Source: an uncultured bacterium (GTDB lineage Bacteria > Vulcanimicrobiota > Xenobia > Xenobiales > Xenobiaceae). From it: DNA of 64,000 nucleotides. Every line of letters starts with the position of its first letter. Position 1 is the first letter of the stretch. A program made the translations under genes and the position numbers. The notes below the pieces were generated by a model that ran no database searches, was not told the DNA's origin, and worked only from the letters and a program-made list of their open reading frames with translations. Positions 19,246 to 29,451 of this stretch are shown here, in pieces. The DNA is taken from NCBI GenBank assembly GCA_934636825.1, contig CAKUBG010000005.1:47491-111490 (forward strand), given 5' to 3'.

Positions 19246-21336
19246 CTATTTTTGAGCTTTCGTTTTAAAGTGGCGCGTGTCATATATTTTTAATAGGTAT
19301 AATTTTGGGGTAACTTCTCCGGGAATTAGGTCTTTTTCGTAAGAATATTCCTCTATAATCTTTACCGGCGGTCCAAAAATAACTTCTAGCCTTTGACAAA
19401 TATCTTTAAAGACAGCTTGTCCCTGATCCGGGGCTACTGTATAAGCTCCACTGCGGGGGCGGTGACTACACAGCCGCTCACTTACAGCAATTAAATTGTA
19501 ACCTTCATGTTGTATAGCTTCCAAATCGTTGCGACTAAAATGACGGGGTATGTATTGACTGCCCAAGTCACTTATAAAGCCCAGAAAGCTTTGGTCTACC
19601 AAAGCTTGTTTGTCAAAGAGCCAAACGTCTTTACCGCTATTGTAAAGATGGCGCGAAAACAAACCTCTGTTGCGATCTATAACTAAGCGCAAATCCACCA
19701 AAGTAAGATCTGGGTCATAGTAAAAATTATGGTTATAATCGCTGGTCGCTTGCCAAGGTCGTCGCCCTAGAGGAACAAAGATCGCGCTTTCTGATAAATG
19801 TTGTTGTGACTGGGCGTAATTGCTTATGGCTGGAGCGAGCTTGGTAGAGGGCCAAGGCAATTGCTTGCGTTGTATGGCTTCGCCAAAAGGCAAAATAATA
19901 GCGGCAACCGTTATTATAGCTAACAATTGAGGAGAAAATTTTTTGTTATCTCGCAGTGCTTCCAGGCTCATGGCTACACAAATCGCTGCGGCAATGGCAA
20001 ATAATAATATAGTTTGGCATGGCCAGAACAACTTGTTTAGGAGCGGCATATGGTCGCAAAAAAATTTGTAAGGCAAGGGAATAGGGTGGCCTTGCCAGCA
20101 AACCAATTGGGCTTTGTGCTTGAGAAACGGCCCTAAGGGCAGCCAATAAAAGGCTGCGGCGGCCCAACACCAAAACTTCAGCCGACTCTTGTTTTTAAGC
20201 TCGGCTTGCGTGCAAAGCAACAAAAAAGCCAGCACGACCATTAGGCTGATATTGGCTGAAAATGTCGCTTCTGTGGGAACGCTTTGCGGAGGATTGATAG
20301 GAGTGCTTAAGCCTTTGGTCGGCTGAACGAAAGCGTAAAAAGCTTCACACGAATAGGCAATGCTCTGTCTGTAAAGCGTTGACACGTCGGGAACGCGCCC
20401 AGGATCGGGACGAACCAATCCGGGAATATTGTCGTGAGAAAATAGACGCGTCAAGTAAGGATGAGCAGCTGGCAAAATTATTACACTGAAGCTTAAAACA
20501 AACAGAAGCAAGCTGCTCCAAGTTTCAATATTAAATTTCAGCTTAAATGAAGGAAGCTTTTTCTCCCTTCCCCAACAAAGGGCCGCCGCTGTGGCATGAT
20601 AGAGCGCAAAGAACAACACAAAAATTACGGCAAAATGGCCATAAAACCAATAATTGCAGGCTGTCAGAGCTAGGAGGGTTCCGCAACGGGCCCATTTCCC
20701 CGGATCATTTTGTCCCCAAGCTAAAAGAAAACTGCCAATAAAAAAGACTGGCCAAAAAGTTTGCGCTTCGATAATGCGTCCTGTGCTTAACAAGAACCAT
20801 TGCCAAGGGTTAAAGGCAAAAAGGAGCCCTCCTAAAAAAGCTGAGCTGGGACGACAGCCCATTTTGCCGCAGAGCCAACGCGCAGCCAGAGCATCGGCCA
20901 CTACGATAAGGATACACTTTACGTTGTAATAGAGGGGAAAGCCAAACAATTTGGCTAGAGGCCAAGTCCAGACAAAATCCAGACCGTTAGCTACACTGCT
21001 GCGTTCTCCAAAACTGACTAAATGATTATATAGTTCCGGAAGTCTGGCTAGAGATCCGGTTAGGCCGTAATTAGTGATAAAAAAGTGGAAAGTTTGATAA
21101 TAATATTGCTCCCAGGAATGATAGATCCAGAGCGTTTGTGCTGTATTTTCGTGACCCAAATAGCCTATAACAGCTTGTTTAGCTTGCCAAATAAATGAAC
21201 CGGCGCACAAGATAGACAGCAAAACATAAAAAATCGCCGAGAAGCGAAAGTCGCAAAATGAATCCGCGTGGGCAAAAAAATCTTTTACGGCAAATGTGCT
21301 GTGGGCTGAAGTTTGGCTTTTATTTTCGTCTGGCAT
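19246..21336 (-). CDS. large polytopic membrane protein (696 aa), GT-C-like architecture, paralogous to the 22567 gene
   Basis: At least 12 TM helices. It has a W-rich first loop (TLWIYHSWEQYYYQ) and a ~200 aa C-terminal soluble domain. Family not identified. Confidence 0.5.
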   Translation of the reverse strand: MPDENKSQTSAHSTFAVKDFFAHADSFCDFRFSAIFYVLLSILCAGSFIWQAKQAVIGYLGHENTAQTLWIYHSWEQYYYQTFHFFITNYGLTGSLARLPELYNHLVSFGERSSVANGLDFVWTWPLAKLFGFPLYYNVKCILIVVADALAARWLCGKMGCRPSSAFLGGLLFAFNPWQWFLLSTGRIIEAQTFWPVFFIGSFLLAWGQNDPGKWARCGTLLALTACNYWFYGHFAVIFVLFFALYHATAAALCWGREKKLPSFKLKFNIETWSSLLLFVLSFSVIILPAAHPYLTRLFSHDNIPGLVRPDPGRVPDVSTLYRQSIAYSCEAFYAFVQPTKGLSTPINPPQSVPTEATFSANISLMVVLAFLLLCTQAELKNKSRLKFWCWAAAAFYWLPLGPFLKHKAQLVCWQGHPIPLPYKFFCDHMPLLNKLFWPCQTILLFAIAAAICVAMSLEALRDNKKFSPQLLAIITVAAIILPFGEAIQRKQLPWPSTKLAPAISNYAQSQQHLSESAIFVPLGRRPWQATSDYNHNFYYDPDLTLVDLRLVIDRNRGLFSRHLYNSGKDVWLFDKQALVDQSFLGFISDLGSQYIPRHFSRNDLEAIQHEGYNLIAVSERLCSHRPRSGAYTVAPDQGQAVFKDICQRLEVIFGPPVKIIEEYSYEKDLIPGEVTPKLYLLKIYDTRHFKTKAQK

Positions 21337-21371
21337 GATTTCACAATTGGCAAAGTGTTGGCAAAATAAGG

Positions 21372-22451
21372 CTATCTAACTTCAGGAGGTGGCGGCCCTT
21401 CTCGTTCAATGGGAGGAATGGCGGGGTTTAATTCCTTACGCAGAGCAGCCTCTGATTCCGATAAAGCAAGAGATTCTTTTATTAGGTGCAAAGTTTTAGG
21501 GTAGAGTAAATCCTGTACAAACCGTTTATCTAGTGCTTTTATTTCTGGCTCTCGAAGCAAAACTTCCCATTGCTTTTCTGGGATTAACTTGACGGCTTCG
21601 TCATGTAAAATGCTTAAACGCAATGACGATATTCTGAGTCTTTCCAGTATAATTAAGCATTCTTGAGCTTGTTGAGACTGAAGTTTTGGGTGGGCAATTT
21701 GGCAAAGGTTCTGCAGAGAAATAAGTATTCTCAGAGGATGAAGTTCCAATTGAGAGGCTTTTTTTAGCAACCGGTGACGCTCTGGCGAAAGTGCAAAACC
21801 TGGGGCGGAGGACAGTGGCAAAGGCGCTGTATTTAAGGGAGGTAAACTGAGATTGCGATATAGTCTCAATGTTTTCTCTTCAGCGGCTATATCTTTTCGA
21901 TCGCCTCGGAGCACTTCTGCAAGTGAATCCAGATCTTGCAAGCGACCATAAGCGGCCCAGTGGGCATTTTTCTTCAAAACAGAAATTGCTTTAGTATAAG
22001 TTCTTATATCCGAACCTTCGGAGCCTCCACAAGAGTAAGGAGTCAATGAATCATCTAGACTGAGAAAAACTCGCAGTTGTTCGGTAGAGAGGCGCTCATA
22101 TAACTGAGAATATAGGTTTAGACTATTATCGACTTCTTGTTCGGCCAAGTTTTCCAATAAAGCAAAATGTTGACTGTCGGCGACCGATAGCGGCCAGAGA
22201 CCTTTTTTTTGTAATAGCTTTTGACAGCGCTTAAGTCCGAGCCAGTCTAGGCAAACTTGGCTATTTTCTACATTTCTTAGCGGATTAAAACCGCTACCTT
22301 TGGTAAAAACATAGCCTTCGCGACGCATTTCATATCCGTCTACACTTTCGCGACAGCTGCAAGTGAGTAAAGCCAACTCCACTACAAGTACAAAAGTTAA
22401 ACTGACAATAGCTATAAAAACGTATTTTTTTGAAGTTTGGCTCGCCGTCAT
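21372..22451 (-). CDS. N-terminally anchored hypothetical protein (359 aa)
   Basis: Single N-terminal TM (FIAIVSLTFVLVVELALL) followed by a Leu-rich helical domain. No known motif. Confidence 0.45.
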   Translation of the reverse strand: MTASQTSKKYVFIAIVSLTFVLVVELALLTCSCRESVDGYEMRREGYVFTKGSGFNPLRNVENSQVCLDWLGLKRCQKLLQKKGLWPLSVADSQHFALLENLAEQEVDNSLNLYSQLYERLSTEQLRVFLSLDDSLTPYSCGGSEGSDIRTYTKAISVLKKNAHWAAYGRLQDLDSLAEVLRGDRKDIAAEEKTLRLYRNLSLPPLNTAPLPLSSAPGFALSPERHRLLKKASQLELHPLRILISLQNLCQIAHPKLQSQQAQECLIILERLRISSLRLSILHDEAVKLIPEKQWEVLLREPEIKALDKRFVQDLLYPKTLHLIKESLALSESEAALRKELNPAIPPIEREGPPPPEVR

Positions 22452-22566
22452 ATGAGTGCAAAGCCCTTCGTATAGGGGAAAAGGAAAACCTGCTTTAGAA
22501 ATAGCAGCCTTCTTTATGGTGGTTTAATACTGATTTGAAGCCTATTTTTTGAGCGCAGGTTAATTC

Positions 22567-24546
22567 ATGAATATTATGCAAAGCGAGTCGCCGACTAATG
22601 ATAATAAGCATATGGAGCAAATCGAAAGCCTAACCGGAAAAGCGGTTGGCCATTTCCCCGTACAAATTGAATTTATTTTCGTCGGCCTTTTTTTGGCTTT
22701 GCTTACAATTGCCGCTCTTTGGCCTGCACCAATCCATTTAGAGGAAAATTTAATAGGCGATTATCAAGGTGATTTTTGGAAGCATTTATGGGGCCACTGG
22801 TGGGTACGTGATAGTCTGGCTAAGGGACAAATACCTTTATTCTGCGATTTACTCAATGCTCCACGAGGCGGTTATTTGTTTATTGCCGATCCTTGCAATG
22901 CTATTTTCAGTTATGTCTTTTCCAACTTTGTCGGTTTAGCTGGAGCCTACAATTTAACGATAATTTTTAATTTATGGCTCGGTTTGCTGGCAGCTTGGTT
23001 ACTGGCTCGTTATTTTGTCAAGGACGGAGCTTGCGCTTTGGTGGCAGCTGTTATTTACGGTCTTTCCGCTTATGTGCTTAGTTATCCGGTCTCTTCCGGA
23101 GTAACCGAAACGTTAAATACCGCTTGGGCGCCGTTGTATATTCTTTTTTTACATCGCCTTTTGAAAAATGGTCGAATAGGAGATTTGCTTGGCGCTGCCT
23201 TATTTTTTGCGCTTACCACTTTTTCGTGTTGGTATTATGGCGAATTTATGGCGGTGTATACCAGCTTGGCTTTGGGGTGGTCTTTATTTGAGCTTTTGCG
23301 CACCTTTTGGAAAGGGCGGACTTTCTCTATATCCTCTTTAGTACGTTCGTCTAGAATGAGAAAATCTTGGCGATGTTGTTTACTTGCAAGCTGGAACGAG
23401 TGCGCATGGATATGGAAAAAGCAAATTATAAAAACTGCGGCGGCAATTGTTATAGGGGCGATTATTATTTCTCCTTTTGCTTGGCTTTTCAAGATGACCG
23501 TTTCTAATTCGGCTAATATTGTTATGCCGCGCAAAGCTCCCAAACGTTCCATATTTAACTTCAAAGATTATTTGGGCCAAGCTCCAGAAAAGAGCGTAAA
23601 TCAACATGGCGTACGTGGTTTTCACAATTATACAAATTTGTTGGGCTTAATTTTGCCGGGCAAGGGTAATGCCACAGTTACGTCTACGGTAGACAGGTTA
23701 GTCAGAGTCCATTATTTGGGATGGATAGCTTTACTGTTGGCTTTTGCAGCTTGGCGTCGCCAAACTTGGCGACGAGAATTTTTGTATTGGATAATTGTAT
23801 TCGGATTTTTTATCGCCCTTTCTTTAGGGCCGCGAGTTGTTTTTTCTGATTTTTCTGAGGCAGGCTTTGTCAATCCGTTTTACCTTTTGATGTTTCTCGG
23901 CTTTCCATTCTTTTATAATTTGGCCATTCCGTTTCGCTTTTTGATGTTGGCTCTTATAGGCTTGTCGATAGTGGCTGCTTACGGAAGTAAAGCACTTTGG
24001 GCTGAAGAAGCGCCTGCTCGCAAGTGGTTTTTTTGTTTATTGGCTTCGCTAATGATCTTTGTAGAAACTATTTTCGTATCTCCTTTACCTTGGCCGTTGC
24101 CGATGAGTCCGGCTCAAACTCCGGCTTATTATCAAATGCTAGCTGAGGATCCGCGCTCTTATGCCATAATAGACTATCCTTTCGAGAGGCCCGGAACTAT
24201 TTTGGTACCTGGCGAATATTTCTATTACCAAACTGTACATCGCAAGCGCATACCTTATCGAACCAGTGGAGTTTTGAGCCCGGAGGTAGTGCATAATGCT
24301 TTCATGGAAGAAGTCTTGTTAGCTCAGAGAGGCATTAAACCTTCTTCACAAAGTGAAAGACGATTGCGTGAAGGAGCCAAAGCTCTGTTTGATATGGGGT
24401 TTTATGCTTTTATTTTGCATGAAAATTTGCTGGCCGAATTTTCTGCTCAAGATATAGAAAGTCGTTTGACGCCGATTTTGGGAAAGCCGATGCGCTTCGG
24501 CGACGGTTTGATTGTCTATAATTTGGATTCGCTAAATGATAAATAA
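22567..24546 (+). CDS. large polytopic membrane protein (659 aa), GT-C-like architecture, paralogous to the 19246 gene
   Basis: Similar topology to the 19246 protein and the same style of first-loop motif (GDFWKHLWGHWWVRD). It is transcribed divergently from the 22451 gene. Confidence 0.5.
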   Translation: MNIMQSESPTNDNKHMEQIESLTGKAVGHFPVQIEFIFVGLFLALLTIAALWPAPIHLEENLIGDYQGDFWKHLWGHWWVRDSLAKGQIPLFCDLLNAPRGGYLFIADPCNAIFSYVFSNFVGLAGAYNLTIIFNLWLGLLAAWLLARYFVKDGACALVAAVIYGLSAYVLSYPVSSGVTETLNTAWAPLYILFLHRLLKNGRIGDLLGAALFFALTTFSCWYYGEFMAVYTSLALGWSLFELLRTFWKGRTFSISSLVRSSRMRKSWRCCLLASWNECAWIWKKQIIKTAAAIVIGAIIISPFAWLFKMTVSNSANIVMPRKAPKRSIFNFKDYLGQAPEKSVNQHGVRGFHNYTNLLGLILPGKGNATVTSTVDRLVRVHYLGWIALLLAFAAWRRQTWRREFLYWIIVFGFFIALSLGPRVVFSDFSEAGFVNPFYLLMFLGFPFFYNLAIPFRFLMLALIGLSIVAAYGSKALWAEEAPARKWFFCLLASLMIFVETIFVSPLPWPLPMSPAQTPAYYQMLAEDPRSYAIIDYPFERPGTILVPGEYFYYQTVHRKRIPYRTSGVLSPEVVHNAFMEEVLLAQRGIKPSSQSERRLREGAKALFDMGFYAFILHENLLAEFSAQDIESRLTPILGKPMRFGDGLIVYNLDSLNDK

Positions 24547-25642
24547 GCTAATCGTAAAATATCGAGAATCTGCTAGCCCTTTGCTATTACGCGAATTAAG
24601 GCTTGTTTTAGCTCAAAGCAAGCTTTGCTTTTGGGAAGCTATTTTACCTATCTTTTGGTCGCTTTATCTTGTTTGGAGTTTTTGCTTGGCTTGGGAAGGC
24701 AGCTACCAGCCTGTAATCTCTTGCTCACATATGCTATGTTGGTTGACTGCTGCTTTTATCTTAGGTCAATATCTCGGATTAGCTCCGCGTTTAGCTGCTT
24801 CAATTTGCTCAGATCGCCGCTTGGGCATATACAAAATGCTTAGCGTTACCCCAAGAGGTTGTTGCCGAAGTTTGTCCTTAAAATTGTTGGCTTTTTCAGC
24901 TCCATATCTAATTGAATGGTGCTTATTATCTTTAAGCGGTGCCATTTTCTGTATGTTTACCCCTGAACTTAACGCGGAAATTGTGCTAGCCTCTTCTATA
25001 TACAGTTTGTTGTCTTTGCTAGTAGCCACCTTTGGGGGCACTTGGTGGGGTATCTCTTTTCAAAATACTTCAGATAAGTGTACCGCTTCGTTGCGCAAAT
25101 TGTTAATTACGGCAGCTGTGGGAGCTTTTTGTTTGCACAATTTTTGGCATTTTAGTCAAATGGAAACAGTCTTAGTATTATGTAGCTTGTTAATCATCCT
25201 TTGGAGTGGATCGATACGCATATTTTGGAGTGACTTTTCTATAACTTTAGCTTTATTATTGATAGGATTGTCCTTTGTACCTTCTATAGGTCACTCAGAC
25301 TGGCCGTTGGAAGATTGTTTTAATCCAGTTCGTGTAAGTTTGGCTGGCATGTATGCTCTCGATAGAGAGGCTTTGCATAGTGATAATTTGGCTTCGGATG
25401 GTGCCTATTCTATTTTGCGCGAACATTTAGTCGGCAGCCAAGAATCTCCATATTTGAGTCAGTTGCTCCATCTCTATAACGAAGCTTCTCAAGTGAGTCA
25501 AGAACAAATTTATGCTCAAGTGCGCAGTGAAGCTGAAATCTATTTATTAAGAAGTTGTGGGGCCAATCTTGTTGCATCTGTTGTTTGCGCTCTCGGCGCT
25601 TGTTTGATGCTGCTGCGCTTACGCTCAAGCTTTGAAGTATAA
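24536..25642 (+). CDS. polytopic membrane protein (368 aa), hypothetical
   Basis: 8-10 predicted TM helices. Its start overlaps the preceding gene by 11 nt, suggesting an operon. Confidence 0.45.
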   Translation: MINKLIVKYRESASPLLLRELRLVLAQSKLCFWEAILPIFWSLYLVWSFCLAWEGSYQPVISCSHMLCWLTAAFILGQYLGLAPRLAASICSDRRLGIYKMLSVTPRGCCRSLSLKLLAFSAPYLIEWCLLSLSGAIFCMFTPELNAEIVLASSIYSLLSLLVATFGGTWWGISFQNTSDKCTASLRKLLITAAVGAFCLHNFWHFSQMETVLVLCSLLIILWSGSIRIFWSDFSITLALLLIGLSFVPSIGHSDWPLEDCFNPVRVSLAGMYALDREALHSDNLASDGAYSILREHLVGSQESPYLSQLLHLYNEASQVSQEQIYAQVRSEAEIYLLRSCGANLVASVVCALGACLMLLRLRSSFEV

Positions 25643-25828
25643 AAATGTTTACTGGTCTTTTAGTTTGTTTATTTTCTTGAATTTGTGTATATTTATAGGC
25701 GGTCGCGGCGCCGACCCGATAGAGGACTGAATTGCCGCTGAACAGGCTATGGCAAAGAATCCTTTTGAAAATTGCGCCGAGCTAGGCAAGGCTTGTTGTT
25801 GAAGCTTTGCCGTAATATGGAGTTATTT

Positions 25829-27658
25829 ATGGCCAGACAAGTTTATGCGGGTATGGATGCCCAGGAAAAGGAAAACGATCCCCTTTATAAGAGACGTCAC
25901 TCTTTGTCCCATATTTTGGCAGAGGCAGTGCAGCGTCTTTACCCCGACACTAAGTTAGGTTTCGGCCCGCCCGTAGATAATGGCTTCTACTATGATTTCC
26001 AATTTTCAACGCCAATTGATGCGGACAAGCTTCCGGAAATTGAAGCTGAAATGCGTCGCATTATCGCCGAGAAACAGACTTTCACCCATTACGATCTCCC
26101 TCTCGAAGAGGCCGTAAAGCGTTTAGAAGAAAAAGGTGAAGTTCTCAAGGCCGAATATGTACGCGACCTTGCCAGCGAGGGCAAAGATATTCACTTCTAT
26201 GAAAACGGTGAATTTACCGATCTCTGTGCCGGCCCTCACGTTGGCAATACTTCCGAAATTCCCAGCGATTGTTTCGCTCTCGACTCGGTAGCCGGAGCTT
26301 ATTGGCGTGGCGATCAATCTCGTGAAATGCTGACCCGTATCTACGGTTTAGCTTTTAATAACAAGAAAGAGCTCAAAGAGTTCTTACGTTTGCGTGAAGA
26401 AGCTCGCAAATACGATCACCGTAAGCTCAGCAAAGAATTAGAATTCTATACCATGAATGAAATGGTTGGCTTGGGTTTGCCTCTTTGGTTGCCTAACGGT
26501 ACCGTTTTGCGTGAAGAGTTAGAAAAATTTGCTAAAGAAACTGAGCAGCGTGGTGGCTACTTGCGCGTAGCTACTCCTTGCATCACCAATGAGCAACTTT
26601 TCTATACCTCCGGCCATCTTCCTTACTATAAGGACAGCATGTTCCCGCCTATGCAAATAGACGAGGGTCAGAATTACTATCTCAAGCCCATGAACTGCCC
26701 CTTCCACCATATGATCTTCAGCAGCCGTCCTCGCTCTTATCGCGAGTTACCTTTGCGTTTGGCCGAATATGGACAGTGCTATCGCTATGAAGCTTCTGGT
26801 ACGTTAGCTGGTTTGCTGCGTGTGCGCGGTATGTGCATGAATGATGCTCACATTTACTGCAGCCCTGAGCAATTAGCTGCCGAGTTCAGAGCCGTTTTGG
26901 ACATGCACCGCTTCTATTATGACAAGTTCCGCATTGAGGGATACTGGATGCGCTTGTCTATGCACGATCCTAAAAACACCAAGAAGTACGTAGACAATCC
27001 TGAAGCTTGGGCTCAGTCTGAAGATGCCATTCGTCAAGTGGTCAAGGATATGGGCGTGCAATACGAAGAAGTTCCCGGTGAAGCCGCTTTCTACGGCCCC
27101 AAAGTAGACTTCCAAATTCGCAACGTAGTTGGACGCGAAGAGACCGCTTCTACCAACCAGCTCGACTTCGCTGTACCTTCTCGCTTTAACTTGGTCTATA
27201 CAGGCAAGGATGGCGAATATCACACTCCTTATTGCATTCACCGTGCTCCTTTGGGCACTCACGAACGCTTCTTGGCTTTCTTGATGGAACACTTCAAAGG
27301 TGCTTTCCCCACCTGGATGTCTCCTACTCAAGTTATGGTCGTGCCGGTTTCCGTCGAAAAGTTTGGCGATTACGCCGAAAAGATTGCTGCTTCTTTGCGT
27401 AACGATCTTTACAGAGCTCAAGCCAACTTGGACGGTGACAGCTTCAACAAGAAGATTCGTGCTGCCGTCACTTCCAAAATTCCTAACATTTTGGTCGTCG
27501 GTGCTTCCGAAATGGAAAACGAGACGGTCACTTGGCGCCGTTATTGCGTAAAAGAGCAGCGCACTTTGAAGTTCGCTCAATTCCGCAATATTTTAGGCAA
27601 GATGTGCCACGAACGCATTATGGATAACTTCGCCGACGTGGTTTTGCCCGAAGAATAA
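25829..27658 (+). CDS. thrS: threonine--tRNA ligase lacking the N-terminal TGS domain
   Basis: The N2 editing domain HxxxH (HSLSHILAEAV) lies about 22 aa from the start, and class II catalytic and anticodon-binding domains are present. GGAG RBS precedes the ATG at 25829, with an alternative ATG at 25817. Confidence 0.9.
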   Translation: MARQVYAGMDAQEKENDPLYKRRHSLSHILAEAVQRLYPDTKLGFGPPVDNGFYYDFQFSTPIDADKLPEIEAEMRRIIAEKQTFTHYDLPLEEAVKRLEEKGEVLKAEYVRDLASEGKDIHFYENGEFTDLCAGPHVGNTSEIPSDCFALDSVAGAYWRGDQSREMLTRIYGLAFNNKKELKEFLRLREEARKYDHRKLSKELEFYTMNEMVGLGLPLWLPNGTVLREELEKFAKETEQRGGYLRVATPCITNEQLFYTSGHLPYYKDSMFPPMQIDEGQNYYLKPMNCPFHHMIFSSRPRSYRELPLRLAEYGQCYRYEASGTLAGLLRVRGMCMNDAHIYCSPEQLAAEFRAVLDMHRFYYDKFRIEGYWMRLSMHDPKNTKKYVDNPEAWAQSEDAIRQVVKDMGVQYEEVPGEAAFYGPKVDFQIRNVVGREETASTNQLDFAVPSRFNLVYTGKDGEYHTPYCIHRAPLGTHERFLAFLMEHFKGAFPTWMSPTQVMVVPVSVEKFGDYAEKIAASLRNDLYRAQANLDGDSFNKKIRAAVTSKIPNILVVGASEMENETVTWRRYCVKEQRTLKFAQFRNILGKMCHERIMDNFADVVLPEE

Positions 27659-27773
27659 GCTCTATATCTAGTTGAGTTGTAATGACGCTGCTTTTTTGCA
27701 TAGGTAGTATTTTTAGTTACTGACCTTGCAGCGGTTGTCAGTTAGCCAACTGAAAAAAGCTCAACTGGCATAA

Positions 27774-27814
27774 CAAAAAAAGAAGCTTTCCGTAAGGGAA
27801 GCTTCTTTTTTTGT
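27774..27814 (+). terminator. bidirectional terminator between thrS and the CPBP protease gene
   Basis: GAAGCTTTCC...GGGAAGCTTC stem with a T7 run, and an A-run on the other side. Confidence 0.65.
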
Positions 27815-27860
27815 TATAGAATGAAGGCTCATATAAAAGTGCAAAAATATGGCTCTAAGA

Positions 27861-29303
27861 TCAGCGTCCTATAATTAGAACATAAATGGCTACTTGGCAA
27901 TTCCAAAGAGCGTGAGCTATAACAGACGGCCACAAACTGCCTGTATAGTGACGAACTGCACAAAAGACCATACCTAAGCCGGCCAAAACTAAAATACCTT
28001 GAGGATCGCCATGCACAGAAGAAAACATTAGCGAGCTTATAAGCGCTGCACCGATTACAGTAGCTGTCTTGCCAAGTCCGGAAAAGAGTAAGCCGCGATA
28101 AATAATTTCTTCATAGAGCGGGCCGCTGATTACCAAGAAGAATAACAACCAAAAAATTGGCTCCGGAGCTTCCACAAGGAAGGTGAGCAATATATTGTTT
28201 GACTGTACGGAAGATTGAATAAAAAGCGAAGTTAGCAAAGCCATAAGGGCGGCTGTAAGGCAAGACAAAGCAAAAGCGGCGCAGCCATAGGCTAGATATG
28301 AAGCTTTAAATTCGTGTAAGTGTAAAGCTCGGAATAGCAAAACCACTGATCTTTTTATTCCTGACCAATGGTTAAGAATGGACGTTTCAGCTTCGTCAGG
28401 CTCACATACATATTTGATTGTGAAGGCCAAAATCGCAATAGAAACCACATAGACGAGCATTTGGGAGAAGAACAAAATGACAGGAATATACTGTCTACTT
28501 GGGCCTGTAAAATGGAGCAGCAGAGCAGTTAGTAAAGCACTTAAACAGGCTCCCAACCAGTTTAGAGCTACAAATAAGTATAAGGTGGGAATTGGTTTCC
28601 AAAGAAAATGATCTTCAGATTGTTTCTTTTCCTCATAGCGTTCACTGTTTTGAGAAGAAAACGCCTTGATAGCAAATGCTGCTAATAGAATAAAAGATAA
28701 AGTAACTAAAGCTCCCCAAAGACCTAATATTACCAAGAAACGATCTGCCTGTTGTTGCAAAGAGAGGATACATTCTTGCAATAGTCCGTTTTGTTTCAGT
28801 TGTGCAGTGCCTTTTTGCATAACTTGCATAATGAAACTATAAGCTAAAGGATCGCTGTAAAAATTATCGGTTTCCTTTAGTTCTATATTCAGTAGATTAA
28901 AAGCACTTTGTGTTTCTTCCGGAGTAGGTATTTGTCCATCACTTATTTTTAAGAGGACGTCGGTAACGGAGCTGGCTTCTTCGGCACGAATTTTCTTCAA
29001 AAGAGCTCCAGCTTTGTTAGGTTGGTGGCAAAGGTAATACAAGGAAGCTGCGTTGTGAAGATTAGGACTGGAAGCTTTGTCAAAGTCTATTCCATCCAAT
29101 ATCGCGGCTACTTGACCTTCCATCATGGGCAAATGCCATTTCTGGCTTACACGCATAGCTCTGCAAGCAAGTCTTATTTCTAAATTAGTATGAAAATATT
29201 GTTGCCAAGAAGTGTTGTCGGCATCTCTAAAAAAAGCCGGAATGACCAAAGGCAGCCATAAGGTTAGGGCTACCAGCACTAGTAAAATTCTCTTACCGCT
29301 CAT
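27861..29303 (-). CDS. CPBP-family (CAAX protease/Abi) intramembrane metalloprotease with a large N-terminal extracytoplasmic region
   Basis: Signal/TM at the N-terminus. C-terminal motifs EEIIYRG (motif 1), FSSVHG (motif 2) and HALWN (motif 3). Confidence 0.78.
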   Translation of the reverse strand: MSGKRILLVLVALTLWLPLVIPAFFRDADNTSWQQYFHTNLEIRLACRAMRVSQKWHLPMMEGQVAAILDGIDFDKASSPNLHNAASLYYLCHQPNKAGALLKKIRAEEASSVTDVLLKISDGQIPTPEETQSAFNLLNIELKETDNFYSDPLAYSFIMQVMQKGTAQLKQNGLLQECILSLQQQADRFLVILGLWGALVTLSFILLAAFAIKAFSSQNSERYEEKKQSEDHFLWKPIPTLYLFVALNWLGACLSALLTALLLHFTGPSRQYIPVILFFSQMLVYVVSIAILAFTIKYVCEPDEAETSILNHWSGIKRSVVLLFRALHLHEFKASYLAYGCAAFALSCLTAALMALLTSLFIQSSVQSNNILLTFLVEAPEPIFWLLFFLVISGPLYEEIIYRGLLFSGLGKTATVIGAALISSLMFSSVHGDPQGILVLAGLGMVFCAVRHYTGSLWPSVIAHALWNCQVAIYVLIIGR

Positions 29304-29451
29304 TTGTTGTTATATTTCCAGCGCAATTTGGCATATCCTTGAGTGAAAATTTTCGGGCAGCCCAACTATGCTTGGCGGGCAAACTCTTGGCGGTAATCAA
29401 CCAAATGATTGTTGAGGGGGAATCTGCCTTTTTTTGTGAAAGCTCTCCAGC

